DNA of 34,784 nt, from the IMG/VR virus record IMGVR_UViG_3300037962_000405, positions 1 to 34,784 of that record; one strand, 5' to 3'. Every line of letters begins with the position of its first letter. Within the stretch, counting starts at the first letter, position 1. The translations under genes were made by a program, and so were the position numbers. The notes under the pieces are model-generated. The model was not told the origin of the DNA. It did not search any database and saw nothing but the letters and a program-made list of their open reading frames with translations. The stretch is from a virus (Duplodnaviria > Caudoviricetes). Of this stretch, positions 1 through 8,744 are shown piece after piece.

Positions 1-28
1 GTTTTTTATTGATTCGTTTTTAAAGAAC

Positions 29-661
29 CTACGAAACCGTGATTTTTTCCGGATTTGAAAAAGTGAATCCGTTTTTTTCCGCGAAGCGGTAGTATGTCCC
101 CGCGTCGAGATTCAGCGTCGGAGTCGCGCCGTCTTTGTCCGTCATTACCGCGCCCGCGACGACGTCCGTTCCGGCTTCATCGCTTGCGATATAGACTCGA
201 GCCTCTGGGACTGGGTCGCCGTCTGCGTCTGTGATTGTTATCACGACCTCCTGAGATCCTGATCCGACCCCGACCGTCGTTGTTAATCTCTGAATAGGAA
301 ACGAGAATTCTTCGATCCCTGTCCTCGTTCCGTCTCCATCGTTCCAAGTGAACGCAAGACGAGCCACTCGAACCTGACGCTCCCCTTCTGTTAGTGACCC
401 GACTATCTGCGTATCGCTTGAGTCCAATTCTATCACATAGTTACCAGACGTAACCGACCCGCCGTTCTGGTTTAGGACGTTCTGTTCGTTTCGACTATTC
501 ACTATAACGCCGGTTGATTCATCGTATAGGGTTAGAGTCAGGGTAGCCGGACTACTTATCGTATCGCCGCCCGTGTCCTTGAGCGTCCCTTTAAGATTGC
601 AACTCTCGCCCTCTTGGATCGTTATATAGTCTTCGTTTGAGTCTTTAAGTCTGGTTACCAT
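29..661 (-). CDS. Putative virion structural protein (two beta-sandwich/Ig-like domains)
   Basis: 210 aa, acidic and beta-rich. The C-terminal VVITITDADGDPVPEARVYI...NLDAGTYY...KNGFTF resembles a prealbumin/carboxypeptidase-regulatory-like fold. Coupled to the upstream gene. Confidence 0.55.
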   Translation of the reverse strand: MVTRLKDSNEDYITIQEGESCNLKGTLKDTGGDTISSPATLTLTLYDESTGVIVNSRNEQNVLNQNGGSVTSGNYVIELDSSDTQIVGSLTEGERQVRVARLAFTWNDGDGTRTGIEEFSFPIQRLTTTVGVGSGSQEVVITITDADGDPVPEARVYIASDEAGTDVVAGAVMTDKDGATPTLNLDAGTYYRFAEKNGFTFSNPEKITVS

Positions 662-2943
662 TACTTAACCTCGATTGTAGGCTGATTAACTGTTACTGAT
701 TCAATAGAGACGCTTGTTATCGTAGCGCGATAGATTAGACCGCTCGCTTCGGCTCGCTCAATGTACGGCTGATCTACATACCAGAGACCAAACAGATCAG
801 CGCGTCCTAAGTTGGTTTGAGCCTTAACGATGATCGAATCAGGCGTCGCATTAAATGACCCGAATACGTCGTCAGGTTCTACCGTTACCCCTGATAGTTC
901 TATCGAATCAGGAGAATAGAACGTATCTATTCGGCTAGACGGATCTACTGAGACCGTTGATAGTTCTATCGAGTCTATCGACGCTGTAAACCCATTATGA
1001 ACCGTTGACGGGTCGCTCGTTATGATTGAAGCGTCGACGGCTGTCGCTGCCTTTACGAATGACCCGAAAACGTCCGTCGGATCACTTGTTATTATTGAGC
1101 CATCTATCGCTGACGGGCTGAAGCTAAAGCCGTCCTGAGTCCCCGTCGGGTCGCTTGTTATGATCGAACCATCTACAGACGCCGGACTATAGGTCGAAGA
1201 CGCCGCCGGATCTGTTGTTAAAATTCGAAACGAGATCGAGTCAGGTTCTACCGGTTCTGTCGATCCTTCTATCTCTCCAGTCGGGTCTACCGTTAAGGCT
1301 GAAGCGTCTATCGCTGTCGGGCTGAAGCTAAAGCCGTCCTGAGTCCCTGTCGGATCTGTTGATACGATTGAAGCGTCTATCGCTGTCGGGCTGAAGCTAA
1401 AGCCGTCCTGAGTCCCTGTCGGATCTGTTGATACGATTGAAGCGTCTATCGCTGTCGGGCTGAAGCTAAAGCCGTCCTGAGTCCCCGTCGGGTCTACCGT
1501 TAAGGCTGAAGCATCTATCGCCGACGGGCTGAAGCTGAAGCCGTCCTGAATCCCTGTCGGGTCTACCGTTAAGGTTGAAGCGTCTATCGACGTCGGACTG
1601 AAGCTGAAGCCGTCCTGAACCCCTGTCGGATCTGTTGATACGATTGAAGCGTCTATCGCTGTCGGACTGAAGCTAACAGGGGTCGGTACATACTCATTGG
1701 CTCCGATATCCCACGAGGCGACCGTATCGCGATCGAATCCGTCTATGTCGATATTAACGCCCGTCGGAGACGTTCCCAAATCAACACCCGCGTTTATAGC
1801 GTCTGCACCTTCTTCGAGGTGTAGGTCTTCTGTCCCGCCGGTGATCGAGACGAACAGATCCGCATAGTCCTCACCGGTGACTGAGTTCGTTCCTGTAGCG
1901 GTTGAATCTGTTGATAGATTATAGTCGTGCGTGGATCCAGAAAAGCCAGATTCCGCAAAACACTTTTGATAACTCGAATGCCAAGCGCTCGGTCGTGCTG
2001 CAATATTATTTTTAATAAAAGTGTCTGTATCATGAATCGAGAAACAGAACGCATCGTCGCCGACCGCAGTAGATTTTATATTATAGACAGTATTGTTATA
2101 CAGGTAGACGCCCCAATTCCCAGACGATACCGTTACGCCTGAGGCTGATTTACTACTAGACGAATTGTCCATGTTGTAAATTATATTATTCATCAGATGA
2201 CGAGTATTTGACGAGTTACCTGTTCCCCAGATATAGACCCCGTGAATATGCGTACTTTGAGTGGTTAGCCCGTGAATTATGTTATTTCGCGCGTAAACTT
2301 CCTGCGTTGAGTTTGTTCCAAAGTTTAATCCAGTAGCCACCGCTGAGTTTGTACTTGTGAGGTCAAGTTCAAGCCATTCGACCGTACACTGACTTCGACG
2401 TATACGAAATGAACTGCTTTGATTGCCTGTATATTCAATTCTCGCGCCTGTACCAGCCTTGCCATCGTGCCGCTCTGATTCCGGCACGGTCAACGTCACA
2501 GAAGATAGCCCGACTGTTCCGCCGCCGTCGATAACTATGTATTCGTCAAAAACGGAGTCGTTATACACTTCACCGACGGCGTCGTCGCTCGATGAATAGT
2601 AGGCTGTATTATCCAGATCTGTATCCCATGCGCTAATCGTTGAATACGTCCGCTTGAATGTCCCGCTAGACTGAGCGTATGACATATCTGTAATACCGTA
2701 AGGGTTAGTCGCAGACCATCCGCCTGATATATATTTCAGCGTATAATCGCTTCCTGAGATGTCAGTCACTAAATAGTTATAGGTAGTGCCATAGCCGTCT
2801 GAAATTTCCATTGAGTCGCCGACCGAAACCCCCGTCGGGTCGTTTGAAAACGTGACAACATACGGATTAGATCCGCTACCGCTCGCGGGCGTCTCGGTAT
2901 CAATAGAAGAATCTGTTCCGATACTCGTTATCACTTCAGCCAT
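661..2943 (-). CDS. Putative fibre/adhesin: parallel beta-helix region plus 23-aa repeat stalk
   Basis: 760 aa, S/T/D/G-rich. RNNIIH/MNNIIY/YNNTVY/KNNIA ladders and a DLHL..GADAINAG...WDIGANEY cap are typical of pectin-lyase-like proteins. C-terminal tandem repeats. Confidence 0.65.
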   Translation of the reverse strand: MAEVITSIGTDSSIDTETPASGSGSNPYVVTFSNDPTGVSVGDSMEISDGYGTTYNYLVTDISGSDYTLKYISGGWSATNPYGITDMSYAQSSGTFKRTYSTISAWDTDLDNTAYYSSSDDAVGEVYNDSVFDEYIVIDGGGTVGLSSVTLTVPESERHDGKAGTGARIEYTGNQSSSFRIRRSQCTVEWLELDLTSTNSAVATGLNFGTNSTQEVYARNNIIHGLTTQSTHIHGVYIWGTGNSSNTRHLMNNIIYNMDNSSSSKSASGVTVSSGNWGVYLYNNTVYNIKSTAVGDDAFCFSIHDTDTFIKNNIAARPSAWHSSYQKCFAESGFSGSTHDYNLSTDSTATGTNSVTGEDYADLFVSITGGTEDLHLEEGADAINAGVDLGTSPTGVNIDIDGFDRDTVASWDIGANEYVPTPVSFSPTAIDASIVSTDPTGVQDGFSFSPTSIDASTLTVDPTGIQDGFSFSPSAIDASALTVDPTGTQDGFSFSPTAIDASIVSTDPTGTQDGFSFSPTAIDASIVSTDPTGTQDGFSFSPTAIDASALTVDPTGEIEGSTEPVEPDSISFRILTTDPAASSTYSPASVDGSIITSDPTGTQDGFSFSPSAIDGSIITSDPTDVFGSFVKAATAVDASIITSDPSTVHNGFTASIDSIELSTVSVDPSSRIDTFYSPDSIELSGVTVEPDDVFGSFNATPDSIIVKAQTNLGRADLFGLWYVDQPYIERAEASGLIYRATITSVSIESVTVNQPTIEVK
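820..1680 (-). repeat. 69-bp (23-aa) coding tandem repeat, about 13 units
   Basis: Unit FSFSPTAIDASIVSTDPTGTQDG. Six well-conserved units at ~1270-1680, nucleotide-identical over ~1300-1485, degenerate toward the C-terminus. Confidence 0.95.
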
Positions 2944-3716
2944 TAGATTAACCCGCTTGTTACCTTGCTAACATTCAAACTGTCTAGCTGCGGGCTTCCT
3001 GTTGTTGATCTAATATCGACAACCTTCTCGCTATCCCTGACGTCGTCTAAATCTATTGCGAGTGTCTGGTTCAAATCCCAGTACGGTACGAACCACTCGC
3101 GGCGAGCTAGTATTTCCGGTGAGAGACTGTCTGAGTCTTCTAAAACTGGACTAGTTCTCTCGTGCGCAGTTGGCGTAGATATATCTGACTCGTTTCCATT
3201 ATATCCTGCACAGGATAGAGGCAAAAAATGAGACCGCTCTGTCGTTGACAACGGCCACGACTGAAAATCTGATCGCATATTATCCGAATGATTTTCTACC
3301 AGATCCCATAATTCAGAACTTGTAAAGTCACGCGATCCGCCGAACCAGTACTCCCCGCCACTTGTCCCGAATATCTTATGGTCTGGTCGTCGCAGTCGAC
3401 GACGTAGAAACTGATCGACGTTAATAGATTCCTCAGTTGTTCGGTCGTGAATCGTTACCTCGCCAGTTATTAAGTTAGTGCGAGTTACAGACTGATTACT
3501 CCGATCGAAGCGATACTCGCTCGATAGTTCTAAAAATTCTTCCAGTAGAGATCCTGAATCGTTTAGACCGCTCGTATCATGAAGACGAGACAGACGACGA
3601 ATAATCGTCTCAGCGTTAACGATCATGATATGATCTGTCGAGAATGCCGAGACGATGTCTCCGTCTCTGTATCTGTCCGGTTGAGGATCGTCTCCGATCT
3701 TTAAAAGTAATTCCAT
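2943..3716 (-). CDS. Hypothetical protein in the structural block
   Basis: 257 aa ORF whose stop overlaps the next start (TAATG). Confidence 0.7.
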   Translation of the reverse strand: MELLLKIGDDPQPDRYRDGDIVSAFSTDHIMIVNAETIIRRLSRLHDTSGLNDSGSLLEEFLELSSEYRFDRSNQSVTRTNLITGEVTIHDRTTEESINVDQFLRRRLRRPDHKIFGTSGGEYWFGGSRDFTSSELWDLVENHSDNMRSDFQSWPLSTTERSHFLPLSCAGYNGNESDISTPTAHERTSPVLEDSDSLSPEILARREWFVPYWDLNQTLAIDLDDVRDSEKVVDIRSTTGSPQLDSLNVSKVTSGLI

Positions 3717-3728
3717 CGAATCAATTTC

Positions 3729-4151
3729 TCAGTCGGTGATTTTTATCTCGCAGTTTTGCAACGTATAAGTCTGTCCGTCTGATACGCTCACAGAACCGCC
3801 GAGCGACCAGTACGCGATGACCTGTCGGCTCGATACGGTCGCGTTGTCGTCCGTTAAAACTGCGTAAGTCGCACCGCTGAACTCGCCATTAAATACGAGG
3901 TCTTTAATCTGAATGACTGACTCGTCGGCGGTGTCATCCTCGACCAGAGAATCAAAGTCGGTTGCATCGCGAGCTACACTTACACCACCGGACGTGTAGT
4001 TGTCTCCGGTTATCTCTGTCAGATCGCTCATTGTGTTGGTATCAACGGTTGGGGTAGTGGATACAAGAGCTACATAAAACGACGACGGCTCCGAAGCGTT
4101 TCGGAAGTAGACGTCTGCTAAGTGATATTTACCTTTGTTGGTGACGGCCAT
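3729..4151 (-). CDS. Putative tail/fibre-associated structural protein (140 aa)
   Basis: Start moved to ATG 4151 because GGAG lies upstream and the longer ORF runs through a terminator. FYVAL..TTP...LTEITG.NYT.GG is typical of small virion proteins. Confidence 0.65.
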   Translation of the reverse strand: MAVTNKGKYHLADVYFRNASEPSSFYVALVSTTPTVDTNTMSDLTEITGDNYTSGGVSVARDATDFDSLVEDDTADESVIQIKDLVFNGEFSGATYAVLTDDNATVSSRQVIAYWSLGGSVSVSDGQTYTLQNCEIKITD

Positions 4152-4163
4152 TTTTAAGACTCC

Positions 4164-4212
4164 AAAAAAAAAGAACGGAAGAACCAGACTCGCGAGCAGG
4201 GTTCTTCCGTTC
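4164..4212 (-). terminator. Intrinsic terminator
   Basis: 13-bp perfect stem GAACGGAAGAACC/GGTTCTTCCGTTC followed by T9 on the minus strand, immediately after the csrA-like stop. Confidence 0.85.
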
Positions 4213-4214
4213 AC

Positions 4215-4424
4215 TCACTCGCGCGAACAAGGACGAACGCGCGTTTTTCTATTTTGAATTGTTGATTTAATTTTACGCTCTACCCCGACCCCCTGTCTAG
4301 TGATTGTGATCTCTCGCGGAGCCTCAATTCCTACGTGAACCTGTTTGAACCCTATTTTTTCAATCACGAAGACCAAGTCGCCGACCTGAATTCTGTCGCC
4401 TTCTTTACATCTTTGTTTCAACAT
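4215..4424 (-). CDS. csrA: CsrA/RsmA-like RNA-binding protein (divergent)
   Basis: ML....KEGDRIQVGD...IEKIGFKQVHVGIEAPREITITR aligns with CsrA ML.L.R..GE.I.IGD...QVRIGI.AP..V.V.R. Confidence 0.8.
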   Translation of the reverse strand: MLKQRCKEGDRIQVGDLVFVIEKIGFKQVHVGIEAPREITITRQGVGVERKIKSTIQNRKTRVRPCSRE

Positions 4425-4683
4425 ACGAGACCGCCTCCTCGCGACTTCTCACGACTTCAGCCGTACAACCGAACGACCGCAATTCTTTAATGATCTCCTC
4501 TTGTAATCTTGAGACCTTGCCCGTCGGCGTCTTCACCTCGAACCAGTACGCGCGACCGTCGCGGATCGCTAACAGATCTGGCAATCCTGACATCTGATAT
4601 ATTCCGCCGTGAATCTTTACGACCCAGAAACCCCGATCCGTCAGGGCTTTCCTAATCTGGTTTTCGATCTGCTTTTCTTTCAA
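4405..4683 (-). CDS. VRR-NUC domain nuclease / resolvase-like
   Basis: EKQIE...GLPDLL...FEVKTP.GK.S.LQ, a PD-(D/E)xK motif. Confidence 0.9.
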   Translation of the reverse strand: MKEKQIENQIRKALTDRGFWVVKIHGGIYQMSGLPDLLAIRDGRAYWFEVKTPTGKVSRLQEEIIKELRSFGCTAEVVRSREEAVSYVETKM

Positions 4684-6305
4684 TATGCGATAGGCATTCT
4701 ATGCGCCACTTCTCCGATCTTTCGTAAAATGACTAACCTTTTTCTCGCTCGAGTCACGCCGACATAAGCGAGCCGCCGTTCTTCGTCGAGTCCCTCTTGT
4801 ATGTCTTCGTTCTCTCGGCAGGCTCGCGTCGAACTATCAAGCAGAATCACCGTGTCCGCCTCGGCTCCCTTTACACTATGTATCGTCCCGACCTGAATCG
4901 TCGGGTCTATGATATTCTCGACCCCGAACCGGTTAGCCGAGTCGCGGAATCGCTGACCGTCTGCGATCATGCTCCACCACTCGCCCGAGGCTACCTTCTC
5001 ATTGAGTGCATCGGTAGCGCCCCAGTCCGAGAGACAGGATAGATCCGAGTGATCTCGATTCGGTCGTTCTGGGTTCTGCCATTTCGTTTTAGTTCCCCTG
5101 ACGAGATTATCTTTAGCTGGGATAGCCTTAACGACCTGCGCCCATTCGCGAAAGTCGATCGGATAACCCGACTCCAGACTATGGAGCGCCAGACAAGCGG
5201 ATCGCCTCGACTCAGGGAGCCACGACCCTAAACCTTTAGTCGATTCCCAAGGGATCGACCTCGCGTTGAGTTGTTGCATGAACCACTTAGACAGATGGTT
5301 TGTCCTCGCAAGACATAAGACCGACTCGGTCGGCTTAACGTAGTCGAGCCATTCGGTCGACTGTGTATGTGTGCTGACGATCTCCCCCTCATGGTCGGCA
5401 GGTTTAATGCCCCGATCGAAATAGTCGCTACATTCGCGAATGCAATTCTCGCCGAGATCTAAAATCGAATCAGGACAGCGCCAACTCTTACCCGTTATAC
5501 GTTCCTGATCCGCTTTCCATTTCAAGAACAGCGAACCATCGGCGCCCGACCAGCCGTAGATAGACTGGAACGGATCGCCCGCCAGATACCCCCATCGAGT
5601 CGACCCCTCATAAACTAATCGCCTCGAGACTCTATCGAGTAGCTGACTAGTATCTTGCTGCTCGTCGAAGATCCAGACCGGAACGTCTGGTACTTCACCG
5701 TCTGGCGAGACCTCCTCGAACCCCTCGACGCTAAACTTCACGCCCGCATATCTTCCGATTATATCGACGAAGTCGACCCGCCCATCGAGTCGTTTATAAG
5801 TCTCATATCTCTCGATGACCTGTTCGCAGTCCTCAAGGCTCGGAGTCTCCGGCGAGCATCTCTTGATCCGCTCCCATGAATCGACCAGCGGTTCGAGTCT
5901 ACTCCTCGACGCCGACCATATATCGAGCGCGAGTCCAACTGGCGTTCGCGTATTCGTCTGGATCTCCCCGTCCGTCTCGGTCACGCTAACCGCCTCGCCT
6001 AGATTATCTTCGAACCAGTCGCGCGACTCCTTGTTGCCTGTTAAGAGTTCGCCCGAGACGCCGAGTTGTCGATAGGCGACCGAGTGAATTGTCTTGAACC
6101 ACCCGACACGAGTTATCTCATCGCCAGATATCCCGAAGCGATCGGACACTCGGGAGACCGCCTCGGCTCTAGCCGCTCGAGTGAATGAACAGAACCCGAT
6201 AGATAGCGGATCTATCCCTCGCTTAACGACCGAGTCGATAATATTCAAGAGTTCGGTAGTCTTACCTGTTCCTGCGCCACCGATTAACCGAGCTATCTGA
6301 ACCAT
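4680..6305 (-). CDS. UvrD/Rep-like SF1 helicase
   Basis: GGAGTGKTT, FDEQQD, AGDPFQSIY, SWRCP, GTIHSVKGAEAD, EERRLAYVGVTRAR. Confidence 0.93.
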   Translation of the reverse strand: MVQIARLIGGAGTGKTTELLNIIDSVVKRGIDPLSIGFCSFTRAARAEAVSRVSDRFGISGDEITRVGWFKTIHSVAYRQLGVSGELLTGNKESRDWFEDNLGEAVSVTETDGEIQTNTRTPVGLALDIWSASRSRLEPLVDSWERIKRCSPETPSLEDCEQVIERYETYKRLDGRVDFVDIIGRYAGVKFSVEGFEEVSPDGEVPDVPVWIFDEQQDTSQLLDRVSRRLVYEGSTRWGYLAGDPFQSIYGWSGADGSLFLKWKADQERITGKSWRCPDSILDLGENCIRECSDYFDRGIKPADHEGEIVSTHTQSTEWLDYVKPTESVLCLARTNHLSKWFMQQLNARSIPWESTKGLGSWLPESRRSACLALHSLESGYPIDFREWAQVVKAIPAKDNLVRGTKTKWQNPERPNRDHSDLSCLSDWGATDALNEKVASGEWWSMIADGQRFRDSANRFGVENIIDPTIQVGTIHSVKGAEADTVILLDSSTRACRENEDIQEGLDEERRLAYVGVTRARKRLVILRKIGEVAHRMPIAY

Positions 6306-6339
6306 ATCGAGCTATTAAAAATCCCTATTCTGTATAAGA

Positions 6340-6545
6340 GAGATAAAACCTCTACTTATTAAGTCCTCTACTGTATGTAAGTTTTAAAAGTGAATAGTGA
6401 ATGTAAAGTGAATCTAAATAAATTACTTAATTCACTTTGTAAGTTGTTGGTATATAAGAACTTAGGTAGTAAAAGTGAATGAATGAACTTAGTTTTAATA
6501 TTTTTAGTGAATATTTCCCTATATACAGAGTGATTCATTCACTCA
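6340..6545. other. Putative replication origin (AT-rich, AGTGAAT iterons)
   Basis: Strongly AT-rich intergenic DNA just downstream of the primase. AGTGAAT at 6389, 6396, 6407, 6474 and 6506, with inverted copies at 6430 and 6537. Confidence 0.7.
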
Positions 6546-7921
6546 ACTAACTCGTCTAAAGCCGCCAGACTCGACGGCGTTAGACGCTTAAAAGTACGCT
6601 GTCGGTAGTTCGTAGCCTCGACGATTTTAAGAACCTTCGAGAGATCGCGGCGGCTGATCTTCTCACCGCCCGAGAAACTAATACGCTCGAGCATCTTACC
6701 GAACTTAAAAACTACAGAACCGTCGGAGAGCTTCTGAGGCGTCCCGTCAGGCTCTTTACCGTCTCTTAGGTCGTACGCCCCGCTGATCTGGTCACGCAGC
6801 ACTGAGGCGATTACAAGCAGCCTGTCGTCCTCGAGGTCGACTTCGACCTTGTCCGCGACGTCTATCAGTTGGCGACTGATCCCGTCCGTCCTCTGGTCGC
6901 CCTGCCACATACGCCGGAACGAATCCGGCAGCACAACGAGCTTTTGTTCGAGTACCTGTTCGCGGATCAGCCTCGGGTTTAGATACTGACTCGTTGATAG
7001 TTCGACGTAACCGCTCCATAGCGGACTGAATAAGTGATAGACCCGAGGGTTACCCATCATGACGATACACCGCCACCCGCTCGGCGTCTCGGCGACTTCA
7101 TGATCTAGCGGAACCTGACGCGGGAGTCCCTCGGATAGCTGGTCGTTCATGCGACTAGACCGCTCTCGCTTGAGGATCGAGTCAAATGTCCGCGTTAGCT
7201 CGTCCTCGGCGAGCGGCGGGTCGTTCTGGTTATTCCAGATCTTAACGACGCTAAAACAATAGTTGACTGAGTCATTGTGAAACACGTCGGCGCATTGCTC
7301 GAATACTTTACCGATAAACTGCGTCGCGCTCTGGGCGCGGAACCCCTCGTCCACTCCGTCGGCGACTCGCCGCCAGTCTCCCGACGTCTTAGACCTCGCC
7401 CCTCCGACGAGTCCGCGAATTTTCTCAGCCACATAATCAGGCAACTCGGCGACGTTACAGTCGTCAGGCGAGACGATCCATACGTACGGCTTCCCGCTCG
7501 GATGCACGCTCGGCGGGATCACACTCTGCGCCGCTTTACCGCCGCCGCCGATCCTGATCTCAAGATTATCGAGCCTCGCGACCGCGACGTCTGGGAGATC
7601 ATCGCGATATTTAAAGAGACGATGGTTCCCCCGATTCGCTGAGTACATCAGCGTAACCGGTACGTCTCCCTCGAATAGCTCGATGAGTCGGTCTTCCGCC
7701 GCGTCGTCGTCGCATTCAAAATCAACGATCCCGCTCGGCTCTCCCAAGAGTACGCCCCAATTCTGATTGGGAGCGTTCTCGCTCCACGCTTCGATTTGAT
7801 CCTGATCGCTACTCGCAAGACTCGGCCAGTCGACCATTCTCGGAAATTTACTTTTCGCGCCGATCGGTATTAGCTTCCATCCTAAATCTGCCAGCGTCGA
7901 GAGTTGTGTATTTGTTTTCAT
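6539..7921 (-). CDS. Bifunctional primase-polymerase (Prim-Pol plus PriCT-like)
   Basis: GWKLIPI...K.P...W...AS.D...NWGVLLG..SGIVDFECD...RGNHRLFKY...QSVIPPSVHPSGKPYVW, followed by WN..NDPPL.EDEL..T.DSI. Confidence 0.88.
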   Translation of the reverse strand: MKTNTQLSTLADLGWKLIPIGAKSKFPRMVDWPSLASSDQDQIEAWSENAPNQNWGVLLGEPSGIVDFECDDDAAEDRLIELFEGDVPVTLMYSANRGNHRLFKYRDDLPDVAVARLDNLEIRIGGGGKAAQSVIPPSVHPSGKPYVWIVSPDDCNVAELPDYVAEKIRGLVGGARSKTSGDWRRVADGVDEGFRAQSATQFIGKVFEQCADVFHNDSVNYCFSVVKIWNNQNDPPLAEDELTRTFDSILKRERSSRMNDQLSEGLPRQVPLDHEVAETPSGWRCIVMMGNPRVYHLFSPLWSGYVELSTSQYLNPRLIREQVLEQKLVVLPDSFRRMWQGDQRTDGISRQLIDVADKVEVDLEDDRLLVIASVLRDQISGAYDLRDGKEPDGTPQKLSDGSVVFKFGKMLERISFSGGEKISRRDLSKVLKIVEATNYRQRTFKRLTPSSLAALDELVE

Positions 7922-8042
7922 TTTCTTTTATCTTCCGTGACGTCTCGCGCTCATGTTCTTCTCGACAATGCTTATCTAATCTCAGATGAAGTATTAGCGC
8001 GTTGTAACTTGTGAATCTGATTCCGCAGCCGAGGCACTTCAT
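7848..8042 (-). CDS. Small C2H2-type zinc-finger protein
   Basis: C-x2-C-x3-F-x5-L-x2-H-x5-H pattern at the N-terminus. Confidence 0.6.
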   Translation of the reverse strand: MKCLGCGIRFTSYNALILHLRLDKHCREEHERETSRKIKENENKYTTLDAGRFRMEANTDRREK

Positions 8043-8348
8043 CTATTCACCGAGTCCGCGTTGATCCTCGACGTATTTAAAGACGTCGCGGAATTTTTGT
8101 AGATAAGTAATTGCCTTCTCGATGTCGGTTAGTCGCGACTCGTAGTCGTCGTGCTTTCTATTAAATCGAATTAGATACTTAAGCGCGTTACCGAGATAGA
8201 ACTGATAGTCGGGATCGCGGAACAACACTCTCGGTAAGTCCCAAGGCTCGACCTCCTCGCCACCGATGAGGTAGACGCCGAGGTAGGGATAATGATCGGG
8301 GTCGGTCTTCTCGAGTCGCTTCATTTTGTTTTTATGTTCTTCACTCAA
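8043..8348 (-). CDS. DUF3310/SaV-like phage protein
   Basis: PDHY...FYLGNALKYLIRFNRK...DIEKAITYL. Confidence 0.75.
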   Translation of the reverse strand: MSEEHKNKMKRLEKTDPDHYPYLGVYLIGGEEVEPWDLPRVLFRDPDYQFYLGNALKYLIRFNRKHDDYESRLTDIEKAITYLQKFRDVFKYVEDQRGLGE

Positions 8349-8644
8349 TTTCGATAGTTCTCCCTGTCGTAGTCTTCATAAACTTCGTCGGGTTCGTCGC
8401 GCCCGTAGTCCTTGTCTGGGATTCCCCGAGTCGTCAACTTACAGTCGTTGCATTTATCGTGAAAGGTCGAGGAGTTCCAACCTTTGAGACACGAACTACA
8501 GTAGTGTTCGAATAATGGCATTCGTTGTGATCTCACTAAATCAATTACAAATACGGCTAGCAAAAAACAGATGATCCAAACCGCTTGGGGTAGCGGTAGC
8601 ATCAGGATCAGCACAATAACAACGACCTCAGGCTTATAAATCAT
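8345..8644 (-). CDS. Membrane-anchored zinc-ribbon protein (start uncertain: 8644 or 8521)
   Basis: Hydrophobic segment followed by MPLFEHYCSSC...CNDC, an FmdB-like pattern. Confidence 0.5.
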   Translation of the reverse strand: MIYKPEVVVIVLILMLPLPQAVWIICFLLAVFVIDLVRSQRMPLFEHYCSSCLKGWNSSTFHDKCNDCKLTTRGIPDKDYGRDEPDEVYEDYDRENYRN

Positions 8645-8652
8645 TGTGTTAT

Positions 8653-8692
8653 AAAACCCCGACCCGCTCTCTCCCCTATCGAGAGAGCGGAG
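8653..8692 (-). terminator. Hairpin, possible terminator
   Basis: 10-bp stem CCGCTCTCTC/GAGAGAGCGG with a short, offset T tract, downstream of the SSB-like gene. Confidence 0.4.
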
Positions 8693-8744
8693 GGCGGAGG
8701 AGGCAATAACCCCGCCCGTAATCGGAGTCACACACATGAGAGAG

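Noticed and set aside
820-1680. Diversity-generating retroelement TR/VR pair
   Set aside because: No reverse transcriptase, the repeats are tandem and coding, and the differences do not look adenine-specific.
4152-4214. Signal-peptide-like N-terminus MNGRTLLASLVLPFFFFG
   Set aside because: It is the translation of the terminator hairpin and T tract. The likely start is 4151.
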